DNA from: an uncultured bacterium
Lineage (GTDB): Bacteria > Chloroflexota > UBA5177 > JANWHV01
Reading direction: 5' to 3'
Assembly: GCA_963729625.1 (NCBI GenBank)
Contig: CAVSOU010000011.1
Coordinates: 480,001 to 544,000, forward strand
Length of the DNA stretch: 64,000 bases
Shown here: positions 39,079 through 49,495 of the stretch, in pieces
Position numbering within the stretch: position 1 is the stretch's first letter
Layout: every line of letters starts with the position of its first letter
Notes under the pieces: generated by a model
Told to the model about the DNA's origin: nothing
Seen by the model: the letters and a program-made list of their open reading frames with translations, nothing else
Databases searched by the model: none
Made by a program: the position numbers and the translations under genes

Positions 39079-41907
39079 TCGACCCTGACCCAAGCCGCCT
39101 ACAGGGAGCTGGGCGGGGTCAGCGGCGCGCTGAGCCGGCAGGCCGAGGCGACCTACACCGCTCTTCCCACCGACGAGCATCGACGGCTGGCCCGCGCCCT
39201 CTTCCTGCGCCTGATCGACCCGGGCGCCACCGAGCAGGACACCACCCGCCGCCGGGCGGCAATGAGCGAATTGGCCCTGCCCGAGGAGCACGAGACCACC
39301 TTGATGCGTGAGGTCGCCGACGCCTTCGTGGCGGCGCGAATGCTGACGGCGAGCGAGCAGGGCGGCACCAGCCGGCTGGAGGTCAGCCACGAGGCACTCA
39401 TCCGCGAGTGGGCGCGCCTGGCTGGCTGGCTGCGCGAGGCGCGCGAGGACGTGCGCCTGCAGCAGAGCGTCAGCGCGGACGCAGCGACCTGGGCAGCGCG
39501 GGGCCGGCCGGCGGACCATTTGTACCGCGGCAGTGCGCTGGCCGAGGCACAGGGTTGGGCGGCGCGGAACACGCCGAGCGCCGAGGAGCAGGCCTTCATG
39601 GAAGCGGCGGCAAGAGAGGAGCGGGAGCAGGCGGCGGCGGAGCGGGAGCGGCAGGCGCGCGGGCTGGCCCTGGCACGCGTGGCAGCCACCCGGCTGCGCC
39701 TGCTGGCTGGCGTGCTGGCCCTCTTCCTGGCAGTCGCCGCGGGCCTGGGCGTGGTCGCTCGCAACAACGCCTCGGTGGCCTCGGATGAACGGGCACGTGC
39801 GGTGGCCGCCCGCGATGCGGCGGTCGCCGAGCTGGCGCGCGAGCTGGGTCTGCGGGCCGGCACGCTCCTGGACAGCGACCTGCGGGTCGCGTTGCTGCTG
39901 AGCGCGGAAGCCGATCGGCTGAGCAGCTCGGCGGAGACCCATGCCGACCTTATCCGCGCCATCGACTACCGTCCCCGGCTTCTGTCGTTTCTCACCGCGC
40001 AGGCTGGCCCCGTGCGGAGCGTCGCCTTCAGCCCAGGAGGAGCGATCCTGGCGGCAGGGAGCGACGACGGCACGATACGGCTGTGGGACGCGCGCAGCCG
40101 GCAGCCCCTCGGTCCGCCGCTCGCCGGCCATACCGAGTCGGTGAGCAGCCTAGCCTTCAGCCCGGATGGCACGGAGCTTGCCTCGGCGAGCAACGACGGC
40201 ACGGTGCGGCTGTGGGAGGTGGCCCGCCAAAGGCCCCTCGCGCCACCGCTGGCGACAGAGGGAGGCCCCGCGACCAGCGTGGCCTTCAGCCCCAATGGCA
40301 AGATCCTTGCCGCCGGCGACAGTGCCGGCTCGATCCGGCTCTGGGACGTCGCGGGCCGCCAGGCGCTCGCTCCCCTCCCGCAAGGGGGGCTCTGGTACGT
40401 GTATCACGTAGCCTTCAGCCCGGACGGCAGGATCCTGGCCGCCTGCGGCGAAGGCGGCACCATCGCGCTCTGGGACGTGGCGCGCCATATGCTCCTCCCG
40501 CCCTTGCGCGGCGGGCCCAGCTTCCTGGCGCAGAGCCTGGCCTTCAGCCCCGACGGCCGCACGCTGGCCGCCGGCAGCGAGACAGGCGCGATCCTGCGAT
40601 GGGATATGGCGAGCCGGCGGTTCTCCGGCCGGGTGCTCGCCGCGGGCTCCGGTCCGGTGTACGACATAGCCTTCAATCCCAATGGCACGGTGCTTGCCGC
40701 CGGCGGCCAGGACGGCATCATCCGGCTGTGGGACGCGGCGACCTGGCAACCACTCGATGCGTCCCTCACCGGCCATGCGGGTCCGGTGGACGGCCTCGCC
40801 TTCAGCCCCGACGGCCGGACGCTCGTGTCCGCCGGCGACGACGGCACGCTGCGCCTCTGGGACGCCACGGGCGCAGGCGTGCCCGGCCGGGTGCTGGCCG
40901 GCCACAGCGGTCAGGCCAATAGCCTGGCCTTCAGCCCGGACGGCACGACCCTGGCCTTGGGCAGCGCCGACGCGACCATCCGCCTGTGGAGCGTATCCAG
41001 CGGCCAGGCGCTCGGTCCACCGCTCGCCGGGCACGCCGGTGCCGTACTGAGCGTGGCCTTCGGTCTGGACGGCAAGAGCCTAGCCTCCACCAGCGCTGGT
41101 CCCGCCACCGGCAGCGCCACGTTCCGCCTGTGGAGCGTGCGGACCGGCCGGCCGCTCGGCCCGGCCCTCGCCGTGCGGGGTGCCGGCAGCGCCGCGTACA
41201 GTCCCGACGGCTCGGTCCTGGCTACGGGCAGCGCCGACGGCACGGTGCGGCTGTGGGATGTGGCGCGCCGCCGGCCCCTCGGCCCGGCGCTCTCCGGGCA
41301 TGGCGGCCGGGTGAATAGCTTGGCCTTCAGTCCCGACGGCCACACGCTGGCCTCCGGCGGCGCGGACGGGACCATTCGCCTGTGGCACGTGGCAACCCGG
41401 CAAGCGCTCGGTCCACCGCTCACGGGGTGCACCGGCCCGGTGTTGGACGTGGCGTTCAGCCCGGATGGCCGGATCCTGGCCTCGGGCAGCGCCGACTGCA
41501 CGATCCGGCTGTGGAATGTGCAGAGCCGGCTGCCGATCGGCCCGCCCCTCGGCCACGCCACCAGCCCGGTGTACAGCGTGGCCTTCAGTCCCGACGGCCA
41601 GTCCTTGGCCTCCGGCAACTCCGACGGCACGATCCAGCTGTGGGACGTGGCGAGCGGGCAGGCGCTTGGTCCGGCCCTCGCCGGGCATGGAGACAGAATC
41701 ATGAGCCTTGCCTTCAGTCCCGACGGCCGGCTGCTGGCCTCGGGCACTGCCGGGGTGTTCGGCGCGCCCCTCCGGCTGTGGTCCATCGGACCGCTGTCGC
41801 TGGCACAGCGTGCCTGTGCGATCGCCAATCGCAACCTGACCGCTCAGGAATGGAAGCAGTACCTCGGCGACCTGCCTTACCAGAGGACTTGCCCCAGCGT
41901 GCATTGA
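39079..41907 (+). pseudogene. 3' part of the IS-interrupted STAND gene: winged helix, TM helix and 14 WD40 repeats
   Basis: YRELGGVSGAL, RALFLRLI, EVSHEALIREWARL, LYRG; TM LLAGVLALFLAVAAGLGVV; 14 [VLI]AFSPDG-type WD40 units; C-terminal RACAIANRNLTAQEWKQY...YQRTCP. Confidence 0.9.
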
Positions 41908-41950
41908 AGCACCACTGTGACATAACCCCGCCCGTGTCTAGCACGAGCAT
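41906..41950 (-). pseudogene. vapC: N-terminal fragment of the VapC PIN toxin
   Basis: MLVLDTGGVMSQWCF, coupled to the antitoxin stop (TGATG), matches a PIN N-terminus; similarity ends at the STAND gene stop. Confidence 0.65.
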
Positions 41951-42195
41951 CAGAAGCGGCGTCCCTCTCCACGCATAGCGCGAAGCTCCTGCTGATTAAC
42001 CGGTGCAACGCTCTGCCGAAGCGCCTTGATCTGCGCGATTGTCGATGCAAAGGAGGCCTCAGCACGTCTATGTGGGGGAACCATATGCGCTACCGGCACG
42101 CCATGACGCGTTATCTCGATCGTCTCGCCACGTGCCACCTCGTCAAGCAAGCGCGCAAGTTGCGTCTTCGCCTCGAATGCTCCAACCTGACGCAT
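41950..42195 (-). CDS. Phd/YefM (prevent-host-death) type II antitoxin
   Basis: MRQVGAFEAKTQLARLLDEVARGETIEITRHGVPVAHMVP; AGGAG RBS. Confidence 0.9.
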   Translation of the reverse strand: MRQVGAFEAKTQLARLLDEVARGETIEITRHGVPVAHMVPPHRRAEASFASTIAQIKALRQSVAPVNQQELRAMRGEGRRF

Positions 42196-42473
42196 ACCAC
42201 TGCTCCTGTTTAGCTAGTCTCCATCTGGTTGATTATCTCGCATGCAGATTTCGTCGGCAGGACCCAGACCCACATCACGCACGCGCGTGGTTGAGCTCTG
42301 CTACACTCCGCGGGAAATACGCTCGTGCCACAGCTTCGTTCCACGGGTGGAATCGGCGGGAGATCCTGATCGCGACTTCGGCAAGCACGAGCATGCATGG
42401 CATCGTGGTCGGATTCCTGTACGATGACAGCAGGACGGCGTGCAGTGTGTCCGCCTCCTGAGGAGGGATACGT

Positions 42474-43946
42474 TTGAGCCCGCGCGTGCCGCCAACGGAT
42501 CTTGCCCGGATGAGTATTGTCGAGTTGCGTGCCGGGTACGCAACGCGCGCCTTCTCGCCGGTAGAGGCCGTCGCGCGCATGCTCGAGCGCATTGAGGCGG
42601 GCAACTCAGTCGTCAATGCTTTCACGACGCTTGCCGCTGAGAATGCCCTGGCGGAGGCGCGATCGCGCGATGACGAGCTGTCCCGTGGCTACACGCGCGG
42701 CCCTTTGCATGGCATCCCGTTCGCGGCAAAGGACCTGTTCGATTCCGCCGGACTGCGCACGACGTATGGATCGCGCTTATTCGCCGAGCACGTCCCTTCA
42801 GAAGACGCGACCGCTATCCGGCGGCTCAAGGACGCCGGCGCCATACTCCTCGGCAAAACGGCCACGCATGAGTTTGCCTGGGGGATCACCACCGTCAGCT
42901 CGTACTTCGGCCCCACGCGCAACCCCTGGCAGCTGAACGTCGTGGCGGGCGGGTCGAGCGGCGGCTCCGCGGTGGCACTGGCAACGGGCATGGCCCCCGC
43001 CGCCCTGGGCACCGACACTGGAGGATCGATTCGTATCCCGGCCGCCTTCTGTGGGGTGGTGGGGCTCAAGCCGACGCATGGACGCGTCAGCGCCGGCGGA
43101 GTCTTTCCGCTGGCGCCGTCGCTGGACCATCCGGGCCCTATGGCGCGGACCGTCGAGGATGTCGCGCTCCTCTTGCAGGTGCTCGCCGGATATGAGCGCG
43201 GCGATCCCTCAACCGCCGCCGTGGCCGTACCACAATACTCCGACGCGCTTCACGCAGGGATCACGTCGTTGCGCGTGGGGATCTGCCCGGACCTGCACCC
43301 CGTAGCGCTTAGCGCGGCGGCGCGGCGCGCGCTGGACAAGAGCACCAGCACGCTCGTCAGTCTGGGCGCGGCCCTCGTCGAAGTTTCGCTTCCCTCGGCG
43401 ACGCTGATCGGCGACGCGTACCGCGCCATTCAGCAGGCGGAAGCCTATCATGTTCACCATCATCAGCGCCGGCTTTACCCTGCTCAAGAATCGCTGTATG
43501 GTCGTGACGTTGCTGCGCATCTCGAACAGGCATCCGAAGTCTCCCTCGCCGAGTACCTCGAGGCCCTGCACGTTCGGCGCCGGTTGCGCGCAGACTTCGC
43601 GCGACTTTTCGACGAAGAGATCGATCTGCTGATTAGCCCAGTCAACGCCGGCTCACCTGTGGCCATCGGCGATGAGACCGTACAGCACGAGAATCAGAGC
43701 ATATCATTCAGGAGCCTGGTGCTGCCGTATACCGTGCCCCAGGACGTGGCGGGACTGCCCGCGTGCGCGATTCGCGCGGGCTTCGATGGCAGCGGAATCC
43801 CTGTCGGCATACAGCTTACGGGGCCGCCCTGGAGCGAGGCGCTCGTCCTGCGCGCTGCCCACGCGCTATTCTCCGCCACGCCCGACGTTCAGCAGCGGTG
43901 GCCTCCGCTCACCGACGACGTTACCCCGGCTGCCGGTTCCCGCTAG
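42474..43946 (+). CDS. Amidase-signature family enzyme (GatA/AtzE-like)
   Basis: GPLHGIPFAAKD, GGSSGGSA, GTDTGGSIRIPAAFCGVVGLKPT; GAGGAGG RBS before TTG. Confidence 0.9.
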   Translation: MSPRVPPTDLARMSIVELRAGYATRAFSPVEAVARMLERIEAGNSVVNAFTTLAAENALAEARSRDDELSRGYTRGPLHGIPFAAKDLFDSAGLRTTYGSRLFAEHVPSEDATAIRRLKDAGAILLGKTATHEFAWGITTVSSYFGPTRNPWQLNVVAGGSSGGSAVALATGMAPAALGTDTGGSIRIPAAFCGVVGLKPTHGRVSAGGVFPLAPSLDHPGPMARTVEDVALLLQVLAGYERGDPSTAAVAVPQYSDALHAGITSLRVGICPDLHPVALSAAARRALDKSTSTLVSLGAALVEVSLPSATLIGDAYRAIQQAEAYHVHHHQRRLYPAQESLYGRDVAAHLEQASEVSLAEYLEALHVRRRLRADFARLFDEEIDLLISPVNAGSPVAIGDETVQHENQSISFRSLVLPYTVPQDVAGLPACAIRAGFDGSGIPVGIQLTGPPWSEALVLRAAHALFSATPDVQQRWPPLTDDVTPAAGSR

Positions 43947-43975
43947 CGCGAGATCGTCGCGCTAGGGGCAAAACG

Positions 43976-44368
43976 TCAAAAGGTGTAGTGCGTGCGGCGC
44001 TTCTCCGAAAGGTTTCTGATGATCCTGCTCTTCAGCGCGTCAGCCATGGTCAGAATCTCAGGCACGACCTGACGCAACCGGTCCAGCCGGGAAGTCAGTC
44101 GCAGGATCTCGTCCTGCTGGCTCTCGGTGAGCTCCAGGTCGCGCCACCGCTGGAGCTGCTCGTCAAAGACAGGGAGATCCACTCGTTCCCGCGAGTAGAC
44201 GTCCACGACTTGCCGGAGTGCATATTCGTCGAGCTCATGCGTCCCGTCCTGAGCGCGTCGAAGTGCCTCGTACTGTTGCTCCGCCGCGTGCGACAAGTCA
44301 TCGATCAAGGCGGCGACAAACGGCAGTTGTCGAACAGGCTGCCAGACTGGTGGCGGGCGCTGGGCCAT
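43976..44368 (-). CDS. Hypothetical alpha-helical protein
   Basis: 130-aa ORF with AGGAAGG RBS and amphipathic helical composition; no recognised motif. Confidence 0.6.
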   Translation of the reverse strand: MAQRPPPVWQPVRQLPFVAALIDDLSHAAEQQYEALRRAQDGTHELDEYALRQVVDVYSRERVDLPVFDEQLQRWRDLELTESQQDEILRLTSRLDRLRQVVPEILTMADALKSRIIRNLSEKRRTHYTF

Positions 44369-44934
44369 CGTGTGCCTTCCCTATTACTACTCTCAGCCTA
44401 CGCGCAGTGCGACCCGCTGGGCGGTCTGAGAGTAACTCTCCATGTCATTATCGCGGAGGATGGGCCACGCGGGGCGTCACTGCCCGCCTCCGCTACGTTA
44501 CTCGCTCGTTTCGTCACGCTCAGCGTCATTCATGCGTGCTGTGCCACTCTCAAGTGCCTTCGAGCCACGCGGCGGAGCGCAGCCTTGAGCTCGTCGGGAC
44601 GTCGGACCACGATCGAGCAGCCGAGCCGAGCCAAATAGGTCCTTGTGCGCTTCCTCCGCGACACGTACGCTGTGAACGTGACGCGGTGCCGGCCGGCGCC
44701 CGCCCAGGGGAGCCTGACACGTGCGGGCCGTCATGGTGAGCATGGGCCAGTCGGGCAAGCAGCACCTGAGGCGTTCGCGTGCAGGGCTTTGGAGCGCCTG
44801 CACCCTGTTGCTTAAGAAGCGCGTGAGGCGCGATGGATAATCTGTGACCGCGCGAACGTATCACTGTGGTGAAGCCAGGTGCTGGCTCGACCGCAGCCCG
44901 TCTGGCCGCGAGCGCGGCAGGAAAACCTAACCGT

Positions 44935-46194
44935 ATGATTGCGAGCAGCCATCAGGTCGAGGCTCTTGTCATCGAGGGATCGCTAGAGACGGCGCGCTAC
45001 GTATCAGAACTGCTGGCGGAAGGCTCGGTCTCCGCGCGCGTGCTCGAGCCTGGAGGTGCGCTCATCACTTCCCCGGGCTGGAGTGGGCCGCAGGTTGTGC
45101 TCGTGGGCCTGGACGGCGATCGGGCGCGTAGCATCGCCTACGCTAAATGGACGCGCGACACCTATCCTGCGGCAGGGATTATCGCCTATACCGAAGACTA
45201 CACGGCCGAGACTCTTGAAGCGGCGATGGCGGCAGGGATCAGGCGCGTGCTGAGCTATCCGTTCGATTTCGAGACACTGCTTATGACGGTAGAGGCGGTT
45301 AGGAGAGAGCTTAGAGGGACGCTGGATCAGCAGGTGTTGCGCAGCAGGCTCGCTCAAGTGAGACATGGACCGCACGTCGGTTCTGAGGAGCCGGGCAGCG
45401 CTGCCCTGCCCCACACCGTAGTAGCCGTTTGCGGCTCGAAAGGTGGGGTAGGCTCGACCACGTTGGCGGTGAATCTAGCCGTTGCGCTCCAGACCTCGGG
45501 GCAGTCGACAGTCCTGGTCGATGGAAATTTCAGTTTTGGCTGTCACGATCTCTTCCTCAAGCTAGCACCGATGCGAAGCATCATGCAGACGCTCGACGAC
45601 TCGCAGCAGGTGCGAGACGATCTCGTGCTGCAATCCCTGATCAAGCATCAGACAGGCCTGCAGGTGTTGCTCGCGCCGTTACGACCTGAAGAGGCTGAGC
45701 TGATGCTGCCCACGCACTTCGAGCAGATTATCGCGGTGCTGAAGGACCGGCACGCGTTTACCGTGATCGACGCATGGCCGCCGAACGATCCACGCATGCT
45801 GGTCGCGTTGCGGAAAGCCGACGTCCTTCTGATACCGGTGGGGCCGGATCTCCCAGCAATGAAGAATCTTACGTCGTTGCTCCACGTTATCGGCCTGATC
45901 GATCCCGACCCGCGCAACGTTACTCCAGTCCTGATCGGTGCCGACGGCGCTCCAGCCGACCGTATCAAAGCGCTGGAAGCGACCATCAAGCGCGATTTAA
46001 GATGGCGGATCGCGAGCGACGAGGCAAGAGTGCGGGAAGCTGCCAACACCGGTGTTCCATTCGTCCTGAGCAGTCCCACGGCTGAGATCAGCCGAAACGT
46101 GAAGGAGCTCGCCAGATATTGCATGGAAACGACGAATGACGAGGGCGGGACGGAGCGAGCGCGCACCCTTATTGGCCGGCTGCTCAGACGCTGA
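44935..46194 (+). CDS. cpaE: Second CpaE/TadZ-like protein (atypical receiver plus MinD-type ATPase)
   Basis: Paralog of 19051..20325 (shared PGWSGP, VGLDGD, KGGVGS.TLAVNLA, GPD.PA.KNL, LRWR). Confidence 0.75.
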   Translation: MIASSHQVEALVIEGSLETARYVSELLAEGSVSARVLEPGGALITSPGWSGPQVVLVGLDGDRARSIAYAKWTRDTYPAAGIIAYTEDYTAETLEAAMAAGIRRVLSYPFDFETLLMTVEAVRRELRGTLDQQVLRSRLAQVRHGPHVGSEEPGSAALPHTVVAVCGSKGGVGSTTLAVNLAVALQTSGQSTVLVDGNFSFGCHDLFLKLAPMRSIMQTLDDSQQVRDDLVLQSLIKHQTGLQVLLAPLRPEEAELMLPTHFEQIIAVLKDRHAFTVIDAWPPNDPRMLVALRKADVLLIPVGPDLPAMKNLTSLLHVIGLIDPDPRNVTPVLIGADGAPADRIKALEATIKRDLRWRIASDEARVREAANTGVPFVLSSPTAEISRNVKELARYCMETTNDEGGTERARTLIGRLLRR

Positions 46195-46342
46195 GGGAAA
46201 GCCACGACGACATCTCCATTGACGCACACGATCCTGGGGGCGCAGGCCGTCTCGCCCGCCCTCGGTCGGTGGCCGGCACACCTGCGGATCCTACCACGGC
46301 GTTAGTTCAGGTGCGTGACTGCAGCTGGGTGATGCTGCGCGT

Positions 46343-47578
46343 TCAGGAGATAGCCAGCGGCGCCGCCAGGTAGTCAGAGATAACCTGTCCCGCCGCGCCG
46401 ATAATCTTGGCGTGCGCGCCGAGTGTCGACCGCGCGATGCTGATACTGCTGGCTCCGCCGCCCGGCTTCAGCACAAAGCGCTGTTCAAGCGCCTTGATCT
46501 CTTCGAACAGCCCGCCCCCGCCTCGTATCACGGAGCCACTCAGCACGACCAGCTCCGGGTCCCAGTTGTCCACCATGTTGGCTACGGCAATACCCAGGTA
46601 GGTAGCTGCCCGGCTCAACAACTCCATCGCCAGGGAATCGCCCAGTTCAGCTGCGCCAAATATGTCGTCGATGGTAACGGACTCCGCGCAGCTTGGCTTG
46701 AGCATCGTAGCTCGTCCCGCGGCCAACGCCTCGCTCGCGCGCGCGACCAGCCCATGCGCGGACGTAAAGACCTCCAGGCAGCCGCGGTTGCCGCACCCGC
46801 AGAGCGGTCCCCCCAGCTCAACCGTGTTGTGCCCGATCTCGGCGGCGGCGCCGTGGGTGCCGCGATACACAGCTCCGTCGATGATCACTGCGCCGCCAAC
46901 GCCAAAGCCCACGTCGATGAACACCGCCGATCGCGTGCCACGCGCGGCTCCGAATTCATACTCGGCAAGGGCGACCGATCGGACTTCATTGTCGACGAAC
47001 GTGGGAAGCGAAAGCCTTGACTCGAGCATGGTTTTGAAGGGGACGTTGTGCCAGCCAAGATTGGGAGAGAACAGGCAGAGGCCATCGGGCCAGCGTATCA
47101 TCCCAGGGAACGCCACGCCCACTCCAAGCACGGACTCGGGGCTCTCCTCGGCAAGAATGCGGTCCGCCAGGCGCGCCACGAGATCCAGCGCGACCTCCGG
47201 CGTGGCCCCAACCGGGACGGACGCGTGAAGTACCTCGCCCACGGCGCCACCCATGTCCACCGTCGCCGCCGTGATATCCCGCACGTCCAGGTCAATGCCG
47301 AGCGCGAATCGAGCGCTGGGGTTGAAGCGCAAGTTGACCGGTCTTCGGCCCACGGTCCCCGTCACTACGGTCGACTCTTCACGGACCAGTTCTTCTTCGA
47401 GCAAGTGATCCACAATGGCGCTCACCGTCGCCGGGCTCAAACCCGTGTTTCGCGCAATCATCGCGCGCGAGAGGGCTGGATCGGCCCGGATCAGGTTGAG
47501 CACCATGGCACGATTAGCCTGCTGCATCAGGCGTCCACTCACCTTGCGATGTACAAACCGCCGCGGCGAGTTGATCAT
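46343..47578 (-). CDS. ROK-family transcriptional regulator
   Basis: HTH LSRAMIARNTGLSPATVSAIV; GVGVAFPG, DNEV, AEIGHNTV...CGCGNRGCLE. Confidence 0.92.
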   Translation of the reverse strand: MINSPRRFVHRKVSGRLMQQANRAMVLNLIRADPALSRAMIARNTGLSPATVSAIVDHLLEEELVREESTVVTGTVGRRPVNLRFNPSARFALGIDLDVRDITAATVDMGGAVGEVLHASVPVGATPEVALDLVARLADRILAEESPESVLGVGVAFPGMIRWPDGLCLFSPNLGWHNVPFKTMLESRLSLPTFVDNEVRSVALAEYEFGAARGTRSAVFIDVGFGVGGAVIIDGAVYRGTHGAAAEIGHNTVELGGPLCGCGNRGCLEVFTSAHGLVARASEALAAGRATMLKPSCAESVTIDDIFGAAELGDSLAMELLSRAATYLGIAVANMVDNWDPELVVLSGSVIRGGGGLFEEIKALEQRFVLKPGGGASSISIARSTLGAHAKIIGAAGQVISDYLAAPLAIS

Positions 47579-47771
47579 CGGACCACCTTTCGCGCGCCCA
47601 CACGGCACACGCCTGACGCATGACACCCGTTCGTCCGCGCGCAGGCCCTGCACGGGCCGTGCCGGCTCGGCCCCATTTGGGTCCGGCGCGGCAACCGGCG
47701 GAGCGTGCTGGGCTTCATAGGATTGAGGATACCTCTCCCTGTCCCGGCCATGCGCGTGGTCCTCGTCGAAC

Positions 47772-47829
47772 TTGACACCCGCGCACGCGCCTGGTATTGT
47801 GTTTATTAGTTTACCGGCTGAATTAATAA
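47772..47829 (+). promoter_or_regulatory. sigma70 promoter and ROK-type operator for the isomerase gene
   Basis: TTGACA (47772), 17 bp, TATTGT (47795); inverted repeat TTATTAGTTTA-CCGGC-TGAATTAATAA (47803-47829) over the predicted +1. Confidence 0.7.
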
Positions 47830-48025
47830 TGAATAGTAGCGGCTTGTGGCGCCGCGGTCAACTAGCTCGACTCGGTGCGGCGTACTCACCACGGCAGAAC
47901 CCTCAGGCGTTCGGGCAGCAATGGCGTCAGAGCGGCGACACGAGCTTGACCCGACCCCAGTGGTCCTACCCAGGTGGGATTGGCCGTCTCGCGAAGGGCC
48001 AATGAATCCCGTTTGAGGTGAGGTT

Positions 48026-49489
48026 ATGGCTACTGCAAGCACCACGGCACTGAAAGACAGCTCGGTTTCCCTGTTGGCTCGGCCGGTTACGCTCGGCGTG
48101 ATCGTCGGCAATCGCGGCTTCTTTCCGCATCATCTCGCGGCAGAAGGGCGCACCCAGGTGCTCGAAGTGCTCGCGAAGGCGGGAATCCGCGCCATCATCC
48201 CCGACCAAGGCGAGACCGACCACGGCGCGATCGAATCGTTGGCCGAAGCGCGCCTTTGCGCGGACGTGTTTCGCGCACATCGAGATGAGATAGATGGAAT
48301 CCTCGTGACGCTCCCGAACTTCGGCGACGAGCGCGCGATCGCCAACACGATCCGCTTCGCGGGCCTCGACGTGCCGGTGCTGGTGCACGCCTTCCCCGAC
48401 GACCCCAAACATATGACGCTCGAACACCGCCGGGACAGCTTCTGCGGCAAGATGAGCGCGTGCAACAACCTGCGCCAGTACAACATCAAGTACTCGTTGA
48501 CCACGATGCACACGGTCGATCCGAGCCACGAGTCGTTCCAGGCCGATCTCAAGAAGTTCGCGGCGGTGTGCCGCGTGGTGCGCGGCATGCGCAAGGCTCG
48601 TGTCGGCGTTGTCGGCGCGCGGCCCGCCAACTTCACTACCGTGCGGTTCAGCGAGAAACTGCTCGAGCACGCCGGCATCAGTGTAGAAACGCTCGACCTG
48701 TCAGAGGTCTTCGGTCGCATAGCCCATCTCGAGGACTCGGACCCGGTGGTTGTGGCCAAGCGCGCGGCCATCTCCCGCTATGCCAACACAAGCGCCGTGC
48801 CTGAAGCGGCCGTGGTCAAGATGGCCAAGCTTGGCGCCGTGCTCGACCGATGGCAGGCTGACCACCAGCTTGACGCCACCGCCATCCAATGCTGGACAGC
48901 TATGGAGGAATACTACGGCGTTGTCCCGTGTACGGTGATGAGCATGGCCAGTGATAGCCTGTTGCCTTCCGCGTGCGAATCGGACGTGGCCGGCGTGGTC
49001 TCGATGCTGGCGTTGGTGCTCGCCTCCGGCAAGCCCAGCGCTATCGTGGACTGGAACAACAATTACGGAGACGATCCCGACAAGGGCGTGGTGTTCCACT
49101 GCTCGAACCTGCCCAAGACCATCTTCGTCGACGACATCGCGGTCATGGACTACCAGGCGATCATCGCCGGTACAGTGGGACGCGAAAACACCTATGGCAC
49201 GGTTGTGGGCCGTGTGCGCAAGAATCCTTTCACCTACCTGCGGATCTCGACGGACGACCTGGCGGGCGAGATCGTGGCATACCTGGGCGAGGGCGAGTTC
49301 ACCAACGATCCGTTGGAGACATTCGGCGGATACGGAGTGATCAGGGTGCCCCGATTCCAGGATCTGCTGGCGTTCATCTGCGAGAATGGTTTTGAGCATC
49401 ACGTGTCTGTCAACCAGACCCGCGTGGCCGCCACGGTGGACGAGGCGCTGAGCAAATACCTCGACTGGTCGGTCTATTACCACAAGTAA
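48026..49489 (+). CDS. L-fucose/L-arabinose isomerase family protein
   Basis: GNRGFFP, LPNFGDE, RRDSFCGKMS, AIQCW, ACESD, FHCSN, NGFEHH. Confidence 0.88.
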   Translation: MATASTTALKDSSVSLLARPVTLGVIVGNRGFFPHHLAAEGRTQVLEVLAKAGIRAIIPDQGETDHGAIESLAEARLCADVFRAHRDEIDGILVTLPNFGDERAIANTIRFAGLDVPVLVHAFPDDPKHMTLEHRRDSFCGKMSACNNLRQYNIKYSLTTMHTVDPSHESFQADLKKFAAVCRVVRGMRKARVGVVGARPANFTTVRFSEKLLEHAGISVETLDLSEVFGRIAHLEDSDPVVVAKRAAISRYANTSAVPEAAVVKMAKLGAVLDRWQADHQLDATAIQCWTAMEEYYGVVPCTVMSMASDSLLPSACESDVAGVVSMLALVLASGKPSAIVDWNNNYGDDPDKGVVFHCSNLPKTIFVDDIAVMDYQAIIAGTVGRENTYGTVVGRVRKNPFTYLRISTDDLAGEIVAYLGEGEFTNDPLETFGGYGVIRVPRFQDLLAFICENGFEHHVSVNQTRVAATVDEALSKYLDWSVYYHK

Positions 49490-49495
49490 GGGCTG

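Noticed and set aside
42474-43946. Calling the amidase gatA
   Set aside because: No gatB or gatC adjacent; the amidase signature alone does not define the substrate.
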